From: Octopus bimaculoides
Taxonomy: Eukaryota
DNA: 37,616 nt
Reading direction: 5' to 3'
Assembly (NCBI RefSeq): GCF_001194135.2
Contig: NC_068987.1
Coordinates: 101,176,879-101,214,494, forward strand
The notes beneath the pieces are model-generated. The model saw nothing but the letters and a program-made list of their open reading frames with translations. It was not told the origin of the DNA and searched no databases. The position numbers were made by a program, and so were the translations under genes. Below, piece by piece: positions 32,860 to 37,616 of the stretch (positions are counted from its first letter, which is position 1; each line of letters opens with the position of its first letter).

Positions 32860-33160
32860 CACATGAGAAACATGAACTTTTACACTAAAGATACTGAGAA
32901 AGATACCACTAGGGAACATATCAAAACACAGTGTCTTCAGTATCAGCAATTTAAACATATTCCAAACGTGAGGTTCCGTGAAACTACTCAGCGTAATACA
33001 GGTTCTCATGAAAACCTCATAAACGTGAAGAAAATAATGCTGCGGTAGCATCGTTGTGTAAGAAGTAGCCTTGTAAAGGACAGTTTGTTTCATGGAATTG
33101 TAGAGGGAGAATGGAAAGTTTGGCAGAGGAAAAGATGCATGAATATCAGGAGAATTAATT
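32860..33160 (+). mobile_element. RTE-clade LINE 3' coding remnant, decayed
   Basis: HIPNVRFRE...NLINVKKIMLR*..RSSL..SLFHGIVEGEWKVWQRKRCMNIRR parallels the RTE C-terminus (HITNEEVR..VKKRKLRWFGHVSRSSGLAKTILQGTVEG.RRRGRQ.KRW..NI). Confidence 0.55.
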
Positions 33161-34589
33161 ATCAGGAGAATGGAATATCAGGGGAATTGATTACATACAT
33201 ATATACATACATACATATATAAATAACTTATGTAAAACAGGACGCCTAGTACTTAATACACACACACACACATATATATCAGTAAATTTGCCTTTAGTTT
33301 TACTTTTGTTTATGTTTGGCTCTTAATTCACACAAACAAATGCATAACAAGAGCACACCCTTCTATTGGTCTCATACGCTTTTGGTTTGCCCCTGCTTCA
33401 TCTCTTTTCTGCCTTTTCTAATACTTGTCTTCCAGGGTATTTTTCTATTGCACATCACCCTGCATTCGAGATTCATCATCAGAAATAAGTCGACGTGATA
33501 TTACTGAAAGGTGATATGTGATATTCGTATTTTACATCATTAGCTCTTCATATAAAGGCGGACCATGTTTTTACAACAAACCTCGGAACTGTGACCAGGA
33601 GACCAGGAGACAGTGGGTGTATTCTTTCTAGTTTTTCTGGTTAGATGATCTTCAATATCCTTTTACTGTCACGCGTATAGCAGCTAAATACCTTTATGTC
33701 CCTTCTGAGGAGGTAACATCAAAGCAAGTGTCAATGTTTCTAGCTTCATCCCACGTTTGTTGTAGCTTCTTATATAGACTAGCATAAACACTCGTGCGCC
33801 CACTCATATACAGAGAGAAACAAATAATCAGTCACCTTTTTTTCATTTCGTTGTCAAATAAATTTTTACGAAATTAAAAGAATCTCGAATCGAAACTTAG
33901 ACATCCCCTTTAGAATTGCAGCAAACGTCCATCAATGGACAGTATAGATTATTTGCCAGAATGTAAAGTTATAAATATTTTGTTTAGCTTTCATTTTCCT
34001 ATAATGATGTCGAAATATTTTCATAAATACTTTATAGAAAAAATTTCTGCCAATCATCGATGTTTAGTCTTCTTATATTTTAAGTAGGGTCTTATTCATT
34101 TATTTTCCCTTTGTATTTCTATCTTCAGTTATTCCCTCTCTTTTTCCTTGTATTTTATATATACTGATTTTTAATATTTACCAACCTAGATGTATTTAAT
34201 ATCCACTTCTGTTCACCTCTTTTTTCGTCTGTGCCGCAATTTCTATGTCGACAATGCTGTTATAAAAGCTCAACTTTTATATATTTTAAATGTAGTTTTC
34301 TCTAATTCTCTGGGCTCTACCACTTTGTAAACATCCACCCCCTATTTTTATCTCCGTTGAACAAAGACAGTGCTTTCCAATGTAATTCAGTATCTGTGTA
34401 ATTTTTATACATACACCTGTCAAATTATTGTTCCCTTATGTTATTTAGATGCTACGTTTCCCAGTTGTTCAGCCACCATGTGTACCTGTAGAAGTAGGCA
34501 TATACACATTCCTATACATTATGAATGAATGTATACATATAAACATGTGCACGCATCAACATGAGAATGCACGTATATATATGCATTTA

Positions 34590-34607
34590 TATACATACAT
34601 ACATACA

Positions 34608-34662
<55 letters not shown>

Positions 34663-34672
34663 NNNNNNNNNN

Positions 34673-34703
<31 letters not shown>

Positions 34704-34763
34704 TTATATTTATATATATATATATAAACAGAGGTTCATAGATATACGAATATATTTATACAA

Positions 34764-34821
<58 letters not shown>

Positions 34822-34822
34822 T
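34590..34822. repeat. (CATA)n/(TG)n/(TA)n compound microsatellite
   Basis: Direct inspection. Confidence 0.94.
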
Positions 34823-37272
34823 ACATATGCCGATATAAGTATGCCTATACATATATGTACATATATATGTACATATATGTATTTATAAAAGCATATACAT
34901 GTGTGTGTGTATGGATGTATGTCTTAGTTGTATTCTTTATTATTAATGTTGATTGAATAATGGACCAATAATAATAGACGTTCAATCAAATATTTTAATG
35001 ACAGTAGAAGAATGATAGAATCTCAGAGGGGTGTTGAAATTTCTTATAACAACTGTGATTGGCAAATGAACAACTATGATGACCTACTTTGCAGCTCAAA
35101 ATCAAGATGAATTTATATTACACATAGAGGACAGCTATTGGTGTTGCTGCTGTAGTCGTCTTTTCAGGTCCATATTATATATTAAGTATCTTTTTTATGT
35201 TGTACTTTGAGATTTGAGGGTGATTTGATTGCTAGTTTTAGAAGGTCTTTTCACCAATTTAGACTATCCCTCATTGCTTAATATTGATATGTTCAAGTGC
35301 TTATGTGGAAGGGGTGCTTTGTTCTTGTAGTAGCTATTCACGCAGATGTCATCATCGTTGTTATTGTTGGTATTGTCTTCGCCATTGCTGTTGCCTTTTG
35401 TAATCGTGTAGCTGTGTAGCTATGATCATATCTGTTTGAGCAGATCGAGAATAATGAGACATATGATCAAACTACATTTTATAAAAGAACATGTTTTGTA
35501 GTGTTTTATAAAATAGAATATTGTGCGTCTGTTGTACATGTTTTTCTTTTCTTTCTTTTGTATTTTTTGTTTCTCACTGAACATCCTTTTCCGGATAGAG
35601 CAGTCTGACTAAAGAGACTCAAGGAGTAAAAACCGATGTTTAACGCCTCTGTTTAGTGATTAAACCAAATAGTGATTAGGTATTATAGTGCTTAGGACAA
35701 ATGATGATTATTCGGTGTTACCCATAATTTGTAATGAGTGTGCATTTATACGGTGGTAGTAGTTTGATGGTCTTATAACATGTTTTTTGTATAGCTGGCA
35801 AACAAATGAATTTTATTTACTTGCGTAATATTTTTCTCAGGTGGTTAGGTTCCTCTGGCTTCAGTGAGAGTAAGACAAGGATAGCCTTAAAATGGACGAA
35901 TTTGAATGCATTTCTTGATAGCTGATTGAAGTTAAGCTGGAAGTTTACGATAAGTTGTAATGTAAGATTAAACTGCTTAAAATCATATCAATCATTCTGG
36001 CTTGCAACAAGGGGAAGAGTTTTGATGTTCTTGGACTTGCAAACTAGCTGCAATTAACTGATAAAAGTTGGTGTTGCCTTCGTGTATTTATGGTAATAGA
36101 ACATGCATGATGATGGCGTTTGAAATGTTGAAAGTTTCTTTACTTGTGAAGGTATATGATAAGGCTATGCACGAGCACNNNNNNNNNNNNNNNNNNNNNN
36201 NNNNNNNNNNNNNNNNNNNNNNNNNNNNNNNNNNNNNNNNNNNNNNNNNNNNNNNNNNNNNNNNNNNNNNNNNNNNNNNNNNNNNNNNNNNNNNNNNNNN
36301 NNNNNNNNNNNNNNNNNNNNNNNNNNNNNNNNNNNNNNNNNNNNNNNNNNNNNNNNNNNNNNNNNNNNNNNNNNNNNNNNNNNNNNNNNNNNNNNNNNNN
36401 NNNNNNNNNNNNNNNNNNNNNNNNNNNNNNNNNNNNNNNNNNNNNNNNNNNNNNNNNNNNNNNNNNNNNNNNNNNNNNNNNNNNNNNNNNNNNNNNNNNN
36501 NNNNNNNNNNNNNNNNNNNNNNNNNNNNNNNNNNNNNNNNNNNNNNNNNNNNNNNNNNNNNNNNNNNNNNNNNNNNNNNNNNNNNNNNNNNNNNNNNNNN
36601 NNNNNNNNNNNNNNNNNNNNNNNNNNNNNNNNNNNNNNNNNNNNNNNNNNNNNNNNNNNNNNNNNNNNNNNNNNNNNNNNNNNNNNNNNNNNNNNNNNNN
36701 NNNNNNNNNNNNNNNNNNNNNNNNNNNNNNNNNNNNNNNNNNNNNNNNNNNNNNNNNNNNNNNNNNNNNNNNNNNNNNNNNNNNNNNNNNNNNNNNNNNN
36801 NNNNNNNNNNNNNNNNNNNNNNNNNNNNNNNNNNNNNNNNNNNNNNNNNNNNNNNNNNNNNNNNNNNNNNNNNNNNNNNNNNNNNNNNNNNNNNNNNNNN
36901 NNNNNNNNNNNNNNNNNNNNNNNNNNNNNNNNNNNNNNNNNNNNNNNNNNNNNNNNNNNNNNNNNNNNNNNNNNNNNNNNNNNNNNNNNNNNNNNNNNNN
37001 NNNNNNNNNNNNNNNNNNNNNNNNNNNNNNNNNNNNNNNNNNNNNNNNNNNNNNNNNNNNNNNNNNNNNNNNNNNNNNNNNNNTTCAATTAAAAAATCCA
37101 TAAAATTTCGATGCGATTTTTAAAAATATATAAATGGTATATACTGTATATGATACAGTTCGAGGACGTCTGTATTATATACTTCATATAGCATTTATAC
37201 ATTTTTAAAATGCACATCGAACTCTATGGATCTTCCTTCCAAACATACATGGGTTTTATTTACATGTATTTT

Positions 37273-37306
<34 letters not shown>

Positions 37307-37309
<3 letters not shown>

Positions 37310-37542
37310 TTTTATTCCTTTGTTCTTTTACCTGTTTCAGTCATTTGACTGCGGCCATGCTGGAGCACCGCCTTTAGTCGAACAAGTGAACCCCAGGACT
37401 TATTGTTTGTAAGTCTAGTACTTATTCTATTGTCTCTCTTGCCGAACCGCTAATTTACGGGGACGTAAACAGACCAACATCGGTTGTCAAGTAATGGCGA
37501 AGGGACAACACAGACACACAAACACACACAGACACACACACA

Positions 37543-37545
<3 letters not shown>
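37307..37545 (-). mobile_element. SINE family B, second copy
   Basis: tttcagtcatttgactgcggccatgctggagcaccgcc...ccccaggacttatt...gccgaaccgctaa.ttacggggacgtaaac is the reverse complement of 6541-6761. Confidence 0.88.

Positions 37546-37616
<71 letters not shown>

Noticed and set aside
35570-36178. Decayed PLE N-terminal ORF on the minus strand
   Set aside because: Similarity is too faint to support without alignment.

Overview
This is AT-rich, repeat-saturated animal genomic DNA with eight N-gaps, intergenic or deep intronic. The repeat families and microsatellite load suggest an octopus or other coleoid cephalopod (inference). No host protein-coding gene, rRNA, true tRNA or CRISPR array can be supported; nearly all supplied ORFs are microsatellite or N-gap artefacts. 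The real content is about 15 copies of one tRNA-derived SINE family, two further SINE families and a hAT MITE with a perfect 8-bp TSD. There is also an internally deleted Tc1/mariner element with DD41D (rosa/Visitor-type) spacing, Penelope-like (PLE) fragments and an RTE LINE remnant. Between 24.3 and 29.2 kb sit four clear and one probable R4/Dong-clade non-LTR fragments, each abutting (AAT)n. The most interesting signals are three different minimal type-I hammerhead-ribozyme-like motifs (5388-5433, 11680-11716, 13708-13743), one or two of them back-to-back with a divergent tRNA-like Pol III head, and the microsatellite-targeted retroelement pile-up.
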